The translations under genes and the position numbers were made by a program. From Octopus sinensis (lineage: Eukaryota), in the NCBI RefSeq assembly GCF_006345805.1, contig NC_042999.1, forward strand, positions 33,914,001 to 33,978,000: a stretch of DNA of 64,000 bases, read 5' to 3'. How positions within the stretch are numbered: the stretch's first letter is position 1; the number at the start of each line of letters is the position of its first letter. Of this stretch, positions 12,300 through 24,628 are shown piece by piece. The notes under the pieces were generated by a model that was not told where the DNA came from, made no database searches, and worked only from the letters and a program-made list of their open reading frames with translations.

Positions 12300-13745
12300 C
12301 TAGGTACAGCATAAGACGCCAACAAAGATCTTTACTATTACCAAAATTGCATGCAAACCGAGTGACTCACGTGGCCAGGAGGAACACCAAATACGCATCT
12401 CGTACTTTTTTATTCTCCTGCTCCTTTTCAAACAACATGGCAGCTTTAATACAGATGCACAGGACCTAGAATCAGGTTGATCTGCTCGATGACCAAATGT
12501 GACTAGATTTGTGCGTGGTAGCCATTGATTAAACGAGGATTTTAAACTAACATGCCTTACACCTATTTCTACTGACGTTGGAGATCTTTGCACATTTTAC
12601 CAGTCCAGAATGTTGGAGCGGAATGGAGACAGAGTTTAGGAAATGCCTGGGCTTCGAAATACCTCGAAGAAATACGTCCAAGAAGTGATTGACGATTGCA
12701 TAGGGGAAGTATTCTTATGGGCTTCTTATGAGCTTCAAATGTAAATACTAGACTTGTTTGGGTCGCACTACGTAGTTATCTACACCATTCGCACATTTGG
12801 GAAATTTACATTCGCGCATTGCGAAAAATACGCGGTTGTTCTCCTGTGAAAAGACCCGAACAAAAGGGTTACTCCTAGCAGCATCAGGCCTGTAACTCTT
12901 ATGAAAAATGAGTTGAAGGTATGTTCAAGATGTTAACGCAGATGTTGGCGCTTATCAGAATTCTTATAGGGTGAGTATAGACCCATACCAAATATCTATC
13001 CAGTACCTCCTCGGACGATACAACTTAGAAAGGCTAATTACGGTAAGTAGTGTGTGGGGGGAGGCAGATCAATTTAAATCAAAGAAGGGCTTTCGATTGT
13101 GTTGATCATGAATACTACATGGCTGTCCTGAATGTGGATGGTTTCGTGCTCACCTTCAATTGTCAGATCGCATCAAAATATGTAACTATATATGAACATT
13201 CCTAAGAAAAACTATTACCGCATGTTGGAACAGTTCAGAGTCATGCACGCAGGGCGCAGCAGTGCTTCCTCTCTATTTTTCTATATGTACTCAGTCTAAT
13301 TCTACTGCTACAGGAGTTGAAGGTTTCGAGTAAAATTCCGTAGAAAGTAGGAATTGGGAGACTCATCTTAACATATAGAACGACGTCAGCGTATTTTCTT
13401 CGAATACCACGCACATGATGAAGATGGGCCTACACTAAATGAATAGAAGACGATGGCAGGAGTAAAAATTAATCAGAATCTATGGGCCTGCAGCTCGGCA
13501 CAGGTACATTCCATTGAACAGCATTCGTTGTGTGAGGGACGGACGGACAGACTAGTTAAATTGCTTGGGATTCGATTTGGACCAGATGAACAGATAGACA
13601 AGAAATGGAGAGGACGAGTAGCGCGGCCAGTTTCTCTTAGAAATTGGCCGAACAGGATCTATACTTGAAATGTGGACCGGTTTGGCTGACTAGAATGGAC
13701 AGCTTGTTCTTGCACTTTCTGTTGTGGGAATGTACAGCTTGCTCT
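12300..13745 (+). pseudogene. Degenerate L1/Tx1-type ORF2 (RT) remnant
   Basis: Frameshifted motifs QGAAVLPLYFLYVLSLILLLQEL (like QGCPLSPLLY.L.LEPLL), GVKINQN and LLGIRFGPDEQIDKKW. Confidence 0.6.
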
Positions 13746-13795
13746 TGTTGTTGTTGATGTTGTTGTTATTATTATTATTATCATTAATCAGAGAC

Positions 13796-13797
<2 letters not shown>

Positions 13798-13862
<65 letters not shown>
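13798..13862. repeat. (TAG)n microsatellite
   Basis: Direct reading. Confidence 0.95.
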
Positions 13863-15680
13863 TCATTATTATTATTTCACAACAATCTTCTTTGGTTGTT
13901 TAGACATTTCTAGTACTGGAGGATTTCTCTGATATTTCATTCATGATGAGTCAGAGACATGAGCGTTTCTTTAGAATTTTCATGGCAAATTATCTTTTGC
14001 TGTAATTAGGCGTAAGAAAAAATATTGTGAACAGTTTTCATTAGCTGATTTTCGGCACAGAATTTTGACAAGAATATCTGTACAAATCACAGCTACTCAC
14101 TCAAAAGCGAAAACCGTGTTAATTACATAGAAACACAATCAAAATCAAATAGAAAATCACAAGAATATTGTTAAAAGAAAATGTTTTTAAAAATTGCTGC
14201 TGTTTTTTTTTAAATAGAAATGAGACTAATTTTGATGTCTTGCTCAACTATAACGATGACAGCCACAACATAACAACTTTGCAAATAGGAAAATCGAATA
14301 CCAAGTCGAGTTCCACTCAAAGGTGTATTATGAGCGACTCGTTCCTTTTGTTCCCAGAAATTCACTACAAGTGACTTATGAGAAAGCTGGCACACCGTAG
14401 TTCTCAAGCCGAGAACGTAATGTACTTTTCTACTAGGAATTAACGCCACTTCGTCGTTGTTGTTTTATGGGACAGTGTCTAGCCTATCGGGGTTCAAGGA
14501 ATCTAGATTAAGCATGGTTGTATGCACTTTACGGCTGAGGAGAAACTCCCCACTCGAAAACAAACGCAGATATAAAACTAAGGCCTCCATAACTCGACAA
14601 AAACCACGGGCAAAAATATTGGAAAGTAATCAATAGTTTTAAACAAAAATTAATCGTGGTTTTCATTGCAATCAAATACACCTTCGGTGAATTATTTAAC
14701 CACAACGTCTGGCCGTCCTATTTTCTTATGACAGAGAGCTTTTTTCGTGGCTATTAATCGTGTCGGAGAAAAACAAATTTGAGAGATATGTATCCCTAGG
14801 ATCTGGAACGTTTTAGAGGGCTGTGAACAGGACCTACACCAATCAAATCCAAATGTTCTAACAATACATACAACTGTATGCCTAGAAATGGCTAAGGACC
14901 CGCTTTGATCTCATATCCTGAAGTAGCTGATATAGAAATATCGTCTCTTTCAGTAAGAACAACTAGTAGTACCACTCAGTATCATTGTGGCAATTAGGAT
15001 AAAATGAAAGCTGGTAATATGTGCGAAGTCACTCTAGAAGTAAGTAAAATGGAAGAAAACAATTCGAATTGAAAAATGCCCATAGAGAACACTTCTCTCC
15101 ACTGGACGACATATACCTGATAGCCACCCACAACATTGAGTAACATCTGTTTCAGAGTGTAGCTGAGTTCCTATAAAAGCGATGGAGCTTTTGAACTGAT
15201 TTTGTATGAGTTGGAAGGCCTAGGGTCGACATAGAAAAATAACTAAAGATGAATTGTTGCTTGAAGACACGCCAATATTTTGAGAAAGACAATTTTAAAA
15301 TGCTTACAATCATGTAAAACGTATTCAACTACCATTGAGATACATTAAACGACAATACATTAAACCACATTTTGTGGAGTTATGAGATTTTGAGTGAATT
15401 AATGAATTACAAAGGTTGTGCTTTTATTTCTTTATTTCTTTCTGCAATTATTGGTTATTATATTCAACATGTTAATTTTCCTGCAATCATTATCATATGT
15501 TAATGCACTCAATGTGTATCGTCCGTGTTACCCATTTTAGTATACTTTTGTCTATATCCATTCCTATAGGAATTTAATTTCCTATTTATCGAGGTGCGCC
15601 GGCCCTTCTTCGTAACAACATATCATTATATTGTTATTATTATTATTAATAATAACAACAACAACAACAGCAACAATAAC

Positions 15681-15777
<97 letters not shown>

Positions 15778-15779
15778 TG

Positions 15780-16545
15780 TTTTTTTGTATTTGCACGTCT
15801 TCTTTTGTTGGAGATGTACTAGGGTGCCAACTGTTCACAACCAAGTTAACTAAGGTAACACCCGTTATTTTTCAAGCACCATCCGCAGCATCCGGATGCT
15901 TCCAAGCAATGCTGCTTTCGGTAAGTGCTGCACCATTGTTGCAGCCCCTATTTGTTCCATGTACATTTCAAGATTTTTACTCTGACAGCTGCTTAACATC
16001 CCAAGCTAACCTGTCACATCTATCGACTTTTCTTTCTTCCTTATCGCATACCTTGCTGTCAGCTGAACTGTTCATGCTATATGTTTGCGATATGTCACCA
16101 ATTTGTCCACAAAATCTACACATATCACTTTCTGTTGTCAATTCTGTATTTGATGTAATTCGTTCTCAGTGCTTGCTCTTGGGCAGCAAAGATTAGAGAC
16201 TGTGTTTCCGGTTTTAAATTACTTTTAGTTATCCATAGCTATCTTTTTATCTCTATCTGTATTATCTTCTGTCTGTATTATCTTCAACAGCCCTATGATA
16301 TTTTCCATGCATTCTTTTCTTTATCCAACTATTTTCAGTTTCATTCATTCTCAAGTATTTGCATAGTGCTTTATCTTTGTAATCTTCCATCCCACATAAA
16401 ATGACTTTCTTACTTCCAATAACAGTGGTTCCGTGACATTTTTTACATACCATACTATGTTGTTTTCTTCTGTTCTAACGCTGTGTTCACATCCAATCAA
16501 TACTGTTACCCTCTTTTTTTTTTGGTACAGCCAGTCTGTCTGTAA
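15780..16545 (-). pseudogene. R4/Dong-type (RLE) non-LTR retrotransposon 3' fragment, internally deleted
   Basis: Minus-strand WLYQKKKR...VRTEENN, WIKKRMHGKY, LIFAAQEQALRTNYIKYRID, CRFCGQ and KAALLGSIRMLRMVL. Flanked by (AAT)n 15650-15775 and (TTA)n 16655-16725. Confidence 0.75.
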
Positions 16546-16654
16546 ATATCTAAAAATATAACTTATTTCTTTATTATCTCTCATGTGTGGGGGAGAATAT
16601 TTGTCATCTAATTCGCTCTATCAAGAATTCTTATAATAATTCAAAGTAAAACCG

Positions 16655-16724
<70 letters not shown>

Positions 16725-16739
16725 TACTATCCTCATCGT

Positions 16740-16880
16740 TTTCAAATCCCGTCGTGGTCAACTTTGCCTTTCATTCTTTCCAGGTCGATAAAATAAGTAC
16801 CAGTTGAGTACAATGATCAATGTAATCGACGTATCCCCTCTCCTGAAATTGCGGGCCTTGTGCCAAAATTTTAATTCATT
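16740..16880 (+). mobile_element. SINE family C fragment
   Basis: ttcaaatcc...caactttgcctttcattc...gataaaataagtaccagttgag. Confidence 0.75.
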
Positions 16881-16896
16881 GTTAGTGTTATCATTG

Positions 16897-17075
16897 AGTC
16901 AGGGAGCAGTGCATGTCATCAAAGTGACACCGGGGTGAAATACCCATCATGACTACACGTCTGATAAGTGTACACCAGGCACATGCATCAGAACTATATA
17001 GACAGCGCATGACCTTCGAGATGGGGCCCAATTAGAATTTTCTTCATGTTGAGAAGCCCATCCCGCTCAAGTTCT
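16897..17075 (+). repeat. Unclassified interspersed repeat family X, copy 1
   Basis: gagcagtgcatg(t/c)catcaaagtga...tacccatcatgactac...gtctgataag...gcccatcccgctcaa, homologous to 44686-45060 (+) and 46690-46935 (-). Confidence 0.75.
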
Positions 17076-17276
17076 AAAGTCAATGACATCGAGTAAAACT
17101 TTCACCGAAAATCCTTACCTTCTAAATATTCTAAGAAACTGACAGCAGGCAGAATGATTAGATCGTTAGACAAATATATTGCGGTACAGTTTCGGGTTCT
17201 TTATGTTATAAATTTTCTGCGTGTTTGTTTACATGTGGTTGTGATACAACTGACCAGTCATTGACAAGCATATACT

Positions 17277-17489
17277 CTTTACTCTTTACTCTTTTACTTG
17301 TTTCAGTCAGTTGACTGCGGCCATGCTGGAGCACCGCCTTTAGTCGAGCAACTCGACCCCGGGACTTATTCTTTGTAAGCCCAGTACTTATTCTATCGGT
17401 CTCTTTTGCCGAAGCGCTAAGTGACGGGGACGTAAACACACCAGCATCGGTTGTCGAGCAATGCTAGGGGGACAAACACAGACACACAA

Positions 17490-17553
<64 letters not shown>

Positions 17554-17716
17554 CCACAGGCTTCTTTCAGTTTCCGTCTACCAAATCCACTCACAAGGCA
17601 TTGGTCGGTCCGGGGCTATAGCAGAAGACACTTGCCCAAGATACCACGCAGTGGGACTGAACCCGGAACCATGCGGTTGGTAAGCAAGCTACTTACCACA
17701 CAGCCACTCCTGCGCT
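17277..17716 (-). mobile_element. SINE family A, full length
   Basis: Complete head-to-tail match to family A on the minus strand. Confidence 0.9.
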
Positions 17717-19142
17717 TATGTGCTAATTTTCTGTCAGAAATTTGCTATTACTTCAAAATTCGGCCACTTGCCCGTAATTCTACCTCCCGCTATTTCACAT
17801 TTATATTCAATATCTTAAAAATATAGCTTATCTTTTTATTATCAGTCATGTGTGCGGCAGAATATTTGTCATCTAATTCGATTATTTATAATGTAGTTAC
17901 TCATTCGAAATCTGATACATTTAAACCCAATAGTATAACGACTCTATCAAGAATTGCTCTAATAGTTCAAAATGAAATCAATTTTTTGGGATGTAGTTAC
18001 AATATAACCTAATTAATAACATCGTGTAAACTATTTAAAACTTGAGAGATGAGTGGCGATCCTATTATCAAGTATAATAGTATTACATCTAGCAAGAGAC
18101 CGCAACATGAATAACTACCACGTGACTCCTGCTATGGGAATATCATGTTTTATGTGTTCAATTGAATAGTAATATTGAATCAAGTTTCAATGATCGGTAG
18201 TGAAAATTGGAATTTAGAATGTCTTGAAGGAAATAAAAGAGTTGACGGAGCGTCTTTGTTTTCATGACACTCAGTCCCAACACACTGTTCGATACCGTGC
18301 TAATTCTCACTGACATGGCCTTTTCAAATCAATATTGTTTACAGGACAGTTAGAACTTTACAGGCAAAGTTCTGTAAAAGTGTTAGTTATTCTTTTTGTT
18401 TTAAGTGTGTTTCTATCAATAACAATTCTATTTTGGGCATTCATTAGACAACGTTGATAACTCAGGTCTAACATTCATTGACCCTACACTAGGGGTTAAC
18501 ATTTAAATATCCACGCTTTGATGTTCAGTCACATTTTGAAATATTGATAACACATCTATCAGCCAGTAACATTTTGATAAGTTTTAATACGTCCTATTTA
18601 AATATTTTTTTCAAATGGTAGAGATAAGATAAATACTGCAATTTTATGTTGGTTGCTTGGATACTTATGCGTGTGTGTGTGCGCACGCGCACTCGAAAAT
18701 GGAGAATGAGAGGAAGGAAAAATCATCGAAATACATGAAATGGAGATTATCAAACGTTACTGTAGATGCAATTATTTTAATTAATCTATTATTATTTTAA
18801 ACACACGAGCGTCTAGAAGCAATGGCGCCACATATTCACGATAATATTTTTCATTGTTCATACAATACGGTGTGACAAATGTAATATATATTATTACAAG
18901 CAATTTCCAGAATAGTGGAACAGGCACACATACATTAACATGCATACAGACATCATGTAGAATAGATTCCTTAACTGCACTTTAGAAAATAGACTGAAAT
19001 CTTTTTAGCATTAAATATATCGTTCACTTATATACGGCATTATTAGGCGAAAATTAAAAGTGAGGATGCGGGATAAGTAGGTGGGGTAGATATTATGGGG
19101 GTGAGGTCATGCTCTTTCAAAAGCACAAATTTTCTTCAAACT

Positions 19143-19469
19143 CTTTTGTTACTCTTTTACTCTTTTACTTGTTTCAGTCATTTGATTATGGCCATGCTGG
19201 AGCACCGCCTTTAGTCGAGCAAATCGACCCCAGAACTTATTCTTTGTAAGCCTAGTACTTATTCTATCGGACCCTCAGCCGCACCGCTAAGTTACGGTGA
19301 CGTAAACACACCAGCATCGGTTGTCAAACGATGTTGGTTGGGGGGACAAACACAGACACACACCCATGCATATATATACGACGGATTTCTTTCAGTTTCC
19401 GTCTACAAAATCCACTCACAAGGCTTTGGTCGGCCCGAGGCTATAGTAGAAGACACTTGCCCAAGGTGC
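19143..19469 (-). mobile_element. SINE family A lacking the tRNA head
   Basis: Tail and central domain match; homology stops at cccaaggtgcc. Confidence 0.85.
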
Positions 19470-19559
19470 CTTTTCAGTTAAATAATGACGAAAGTCTTGT
19501 TGATTCAGCAAATGAAAAGGTACGCTGTAGTCGTTGGATTAAAAGCGTAGTGTAATGAT

Positions 19560-21880
19560 ACAGTGATAGCTCGCTTCCCGATCCTTCGTTTTTCAGTGTT
19601 CGAAAGGAGTGGAAAACGAGGAGCCAACATCAGCAGCTAAATGTAAAATGCGTGCACAGAGTTCTAACACCATCAGAACATAGCTTTGTGGAAAAAGTCC
19701 AAAATTATACTCGACAAATCACCAAAAATTCAATCAGAACCATCGAAAAGAACTGCAAGGTTTTAGGATGCACCACCAGGACGGTTGTGCAGGAGGTCAA
19801 CCGCTATAAGTCTTATATTATGCTAACGGCTCAGATTATGCCGGATGGGACAAGAGAGAATCATTCGATCCGCACAAAGCGTTTTCAGAACAATTCAAAA
19901 CATCGAGAACCTGGAATGCTTTGTTTTTCTCCGATAAGGCAAAACTGGTAAACCGTAAGAACGACAAATGGTTAAACGGCGACCCGAATGAGACTCCAAC
20001 AGTAACGCGTACTAAGTACTCTGCAACTGTGATAGTTCTGAGAAGAAAGTTTTCATCCCTCCTCACTTTTTCACTGTGCTTAAGAGCCAATGCCATTGTA
20101 GACACAGTAGTTGGAGAAACTTATGAGGCTCCGGATACACAAAGTGCACAACGGTAGATAATATGTCTTCCAACAAGACTCTGCACCGTCTCATAAGTCT
20201 AAAAGAACCGAAGCTTGCATGCGCACCAATCCCTATGATTATGTTCTCCCAGACATCACTTCCGAGCTCACCAGACCTCAATCAAAAACTAAACTATCAG
20301 GTCATCCCATAAGTGCTGTCCAATTTTACCTGTTTCTAAAAAATTGAATGAAATTTAATAGTATTTTAGAATGTCTAATTGAATTAAAGATTATTTTTAT
20401 TCATTTGTGTATATTTAAACTAATTAAATATTATTTTACAGAATAATAAAATTTAAATTTCTTTGATCAAAAACCCTTTCTAACATGGAAGTATCCAAAG
20501 AGCATTTAAGGCACATAATGATTTATGAGTACAAAAAAGCAAACTCTGCAGCCCAAGCGACTCTATAACTTACGTTCAGCTTATGGGAAAGAATGCTTGA
20601 ATGAAGGGACTTGCAGAAGATAGTTTACAAATTTCAAAAGTGGAGACTTCAGCCTTGAAGATGAAGATCGAACAGGACGTCCAGTTGAGTTTGATGATAA
20701 GATATGTGAGACATAACTTGAAGAAAATCCTGCATTATTAGTTGAATAATTAGCAATAAAACTTAGTTCAAACCATACAACAGTTCATCGTCACCTTCAA
20801 CAACTTGGAAAGGTCCCTAAACTTGGAAAATGGGTGCCTCATGTTGGAAAGTAAATGCAAATCCCGAGTTGACATCTGCTATTCCCTGTATTCTCACGAA
20901 ATCATTTTCACCTTTTTCGGATAGACTTGTGACTGGTGACGAAAAATGGATCTTCTATCAAAATGTTAAACGTCGTAAACAGTGGCTGGGTAAAAAGGAA
21001 AAATCGCAACCACAAACGAGGAGGGAACTTCATGGGAAAAAGTTTCTTCTCTCTATCTGGTGTGATTACAAAGGAGTAATTCACCTTGAATTGTTACCAC
21101 ATAATGCAACAATCAAAGCAATTAGAGCGTTTGAACTAAGCTTTGAAGGACAAAAGACCCGCTTTAGTGAATCGGAAAGGAATGATGTTTCTTCAGGACA
21201 ATGCGTGACCCCACACTGCAAAGATCACATCAAAGAAGATCGAAGAACTTGGCTGGGAAAAAATTCCTTCCCCACCCTATTCTCCCGACCTTGCTCCTTC
21301 AGACTACCATTTGTTTCGTAGTTTACAGAATCATTTGGGTGACATAACTTTTGCAAGCCAGGAGGAGATAGAAACTGACGTTTCAGAGTTCTTCGCTGTG
21401 AAGCCAAAAGGGTTTTACATTGATGAGATTAAAAAGCTTGTAAATAGATGGAAGGAAGTCATGGACAATCAGGGAAAGTACATTGATGATTGCATTTCAA
21501 TTAAATATAACATTTGATCACTTGTTTTCGTTATTCAAAATTCGGACAGAACTTATGGGATGACCTGATATTACATTTGGAAGATAGTCGATAGACAAGT
21601 CACTCATCACTCCCATTACACCAAGCAAACTTTCAAGTCCGTCTTAACGAACACTATGTCGAAAATTAACCAAGATCCTAGGATTTGGCTATGTTAGGGC
21701 TTCCACCACGGTATTAAAGCGCCCATGGATGCTAACGGTAGATTCATTGAGCAAGTGGGATAAAAAGATTCTATAGATTTTTTTCTACTGATTGGTGTTC
21801 GAATGTAGTTTTTCTTTGATGACCTATGAGTTTTGTTCTAAATTCATACAAATGACCACCAACACTAATATACCCTGCAT
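19560..21880 (+). mobile_element. Degenerate DD37D (maT)-like Tc1/mariner transposon split by a nested mariner
   Basis: FFSDKAK..VNRKNDKWL, TKYSATVIVL, YVFQQDSAPSHKSK and SSPDLN-like motifs before 20296, continuing as (Y)YIWKIVDRQV after 21570. The DD37D assignment rests on motif resemblance only. Confidence 0.65.
20297..21568 (+). mobile_element. Full-length mariner transposon with pseudogenised transposase
   Basis: 25-bp TIRs TCAGGTCATCCCATAAGT(G/T)CTGTCC (20297-20321; 21544-21568) with flanking TA duplications. Transposase remnants MEVSKEHLRHIM (ATG 20485), GKWVPH, LVTGDEKWIFY, QDNA, YSPDLAPSDYHLFRSLQNHL. Confidence 0.93.
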
Positions 21881-22763
21881 ATATGTGTGTGTTTTTGCTT
21901 GTGTGTGCGTGTCTTTGTGTTTGTGTGTGTGCTTGTATAAGTGCATGTGTATGTGTATATGTGTGTGCTTGTATAAGTGTATGTGTGTATGTATATGTGT
22001 GTGCAGTTAGCGCATGCACTAATATGTGCGTGCCTGTTTGTGTACATGGGGAGAAGGTATCGAGATAAGAAAGACAAAGGAGGAACAATAAGAGAGAGAG
22101 AGAGAGAGAGTGAAAGACGGATGGACGGTGACAGACAGACAGACAGGAGAGAGAGATCAAGATGTTAACTCCAATCCATCACGGCCTGAACACTTGTATT
22201 CTTATATCTTTTGCATAAATATCACATCGCTGTAACAAAATATCAGAAGTAACATATTGCAAAAATCATAATTTCAAGACGTTAAATCGATTTTTTTGCT
22301 ATCATTGCGACAACATTAACAAAGGTAATTTACATATTGACAATGAATAATATGCTGTAGGGGTTATTGGTTTAACTACAAACAACCAAAACACACCCTG
22401 CAGCTAAAATTTTAATACTATTTGTTAGTGATGATAGCGTCACCATTCTTGTGTTTTGTTAACTATAAATAAATCCATTAGCGCAATGTAGTTCTATTCC
22501 ATTACTTTAGAATAGAAAAAACAGTGACATTTTAATGTTGATTTTGCTTATAAGAGAGAGAAAGTGCATGTTCTTTATATAATTTTTAAATGTTACCTTG
22601 GAAACAGAAAAAAAATTGCTATTTAGCCAGACAACAACATTACTGGCATTGTCTTTCAAAACATTAACCTGAAATGTTACATCTGTACCGCATGCATATA
22701 AATAAATGCTTGTGTGTGTGAGTGTGTATATGCATGTGTGTATTAAGGTGTGTATATATATAT

Positions 22764-22925
<162 letters not shown>

Positions 22926-23053
22926 TTTATATACAAAAAGCAATAAAGATTCAAGTTAATTTAAATGAATTTACTTGAATATGGTACCTAACTTAGATGC
23001 ACCAAAAAAAAACTATACGGTTTTAACAAAACAGTAATGTGGGGTGATTATAA

Positions 23054-23744
23054 GCGAGAAAGAAGCAACAAGAATGGATAGTTTTTTAGTACAATCGTTT
23101 CATACAAGGACAGGCTTTATTAAAAGTTGCAAAAATTGCAGCATATAAACGTGTCCCGTACTCATCAGCTAAAATACATGTGAGTTCTCTAGACATACTA
23201 GTGGTTGAGGCTATACTCATGAAGTAATGTAGATAATTAAGTAACATAAACAGATTTCCAAAGTTCATTAAAGTTCTTTAAAGATGATGTACAGTCTTAT
23301 CACAGGATTTTAAAAAAGTTTTAATAGCATCACAGAGAAGGTGACTTAATCCATAGTGTACATATGAATTTCCAGAGATATGAGGAGGGATTACATACTC
23401 ACAGACGACAAATTTATCCATTGCTAATCACAACGAGGTGGGTCTCAATTCCTGCTTATTAGCATTACAGAGAGGGTGAATTAATCCTTTGTATAGATGC
23501 ACAATTTCCAATGGTGTAGATGTAAATTTCCAGAGAAATGAAGAGGGATTTCATATTCACAGGCGATAAATTCATCAATGGTTGAACACAATGAGGTAGG
23601 TATCAATTCTTGCTATATGATTAGGTATTTGCCACATTAGTCACATTACTGCTATTTACAAGAGACGGTAGCTATTTAACTTTTAAAGGCTGAAGGGCTT
23701 TCTAGAGATGCAAAGAACAGAAAAGGGAAGGAAAGAGAAGAAAA
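23054..23744. repeat. Left arm of 691-bp inverted repeat (3' pLTR of PLE copy 1)
   Basis: Matches the reverse complement of 27133-27823 with about six substitutions seen by eye. Confidence 0.93.
23084..23174 (-). ncRNA. Type I hammerhead ribozyme, short stem III, long stem II
   Basis: TTTTAG-CTGATGA-GTACGGGACA...TGTCCTTGTAT-GAAA-CGATTG-TA-CTAAAA, with a GUA cleavage triplet. Confidence 0.85.
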
Positions 23745-24628
23745 GAGAGAAAATAAAGGAGGGAGCAAAAGGGGGGGGACTAAAAGAGAAGAGAAAAGGA
23801 AAAAGAAAAAAAGAAAAAGAGAATAAGAAGAAGAAAAAGAAAAAGAGAAAAGAGAAAGAGATAGGGAAAGAAGGGAAAAAAAGAAGAAAAAGAAAAAAAG
23901 AGGGTTCTAGTTATACAGAAGAATTAGTAGACGGCAAGTCTGGTTTTAATTTACAGGCATCTAGGAACTAGAGGAGAATATTAATCTTTGACCAGTAAAA
24001 CAGCTAATTTATTGCTGTTGAAAGCAGCTATGAATTTAAAGAGAATCTAAAGAGATAACACGGTTAGGGGTTTAGAGGTCAAAGGCTAAAATCAAAAGAA
24101 AATACATTAGGAAAATCTAAGTATAATCTTATCAAAAGTCATTAAAATTTATTTATTTAATTTATTCAAATTACTGTCTTAAGGAGTTGCCGTTATTATT
24201 CATACATTGACGGACTACAGGTCAAATCTTAGAAGATCATTTACAAGGTGTTAGGAAATTGTCTATCATAATGAAGATAATCATATTATTACCGAGGGAG
24301 TAGCCTTATTTATTTAATTTTGAAATAGAATTATGGGGCTTTAGTAACTCATTTTATTTTATTGAAGTTATGCTACTTAAATTAGATTAAGTTAAGAATT
24401 AAAATTAAAAATTAAAATTAAGATTTAAAATTATGAGTTTGAAATTAAATAAAGCCTCAATTAAGCAGCGTATAAGTACTATTCATTTCCCTGTTCTCAA
24501 ACAACTGATGCAGATATAAGGAAAAAGATAACTGTAGTGTGAGAACTCTTAGTTATCTACTTAAAGCAGTGCTATACTAGTAAAAATCAAGTTATATCTA
24601 TCTATCTATCTAGTTACGAATATTCTAA

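Noticed and set aside
23708-23971. Lys/Glu/Arg-rich ORFs here and at 43364-43555
   Set aside because: Antisense reading of PLE 3' UTR pyrimidine tracts.
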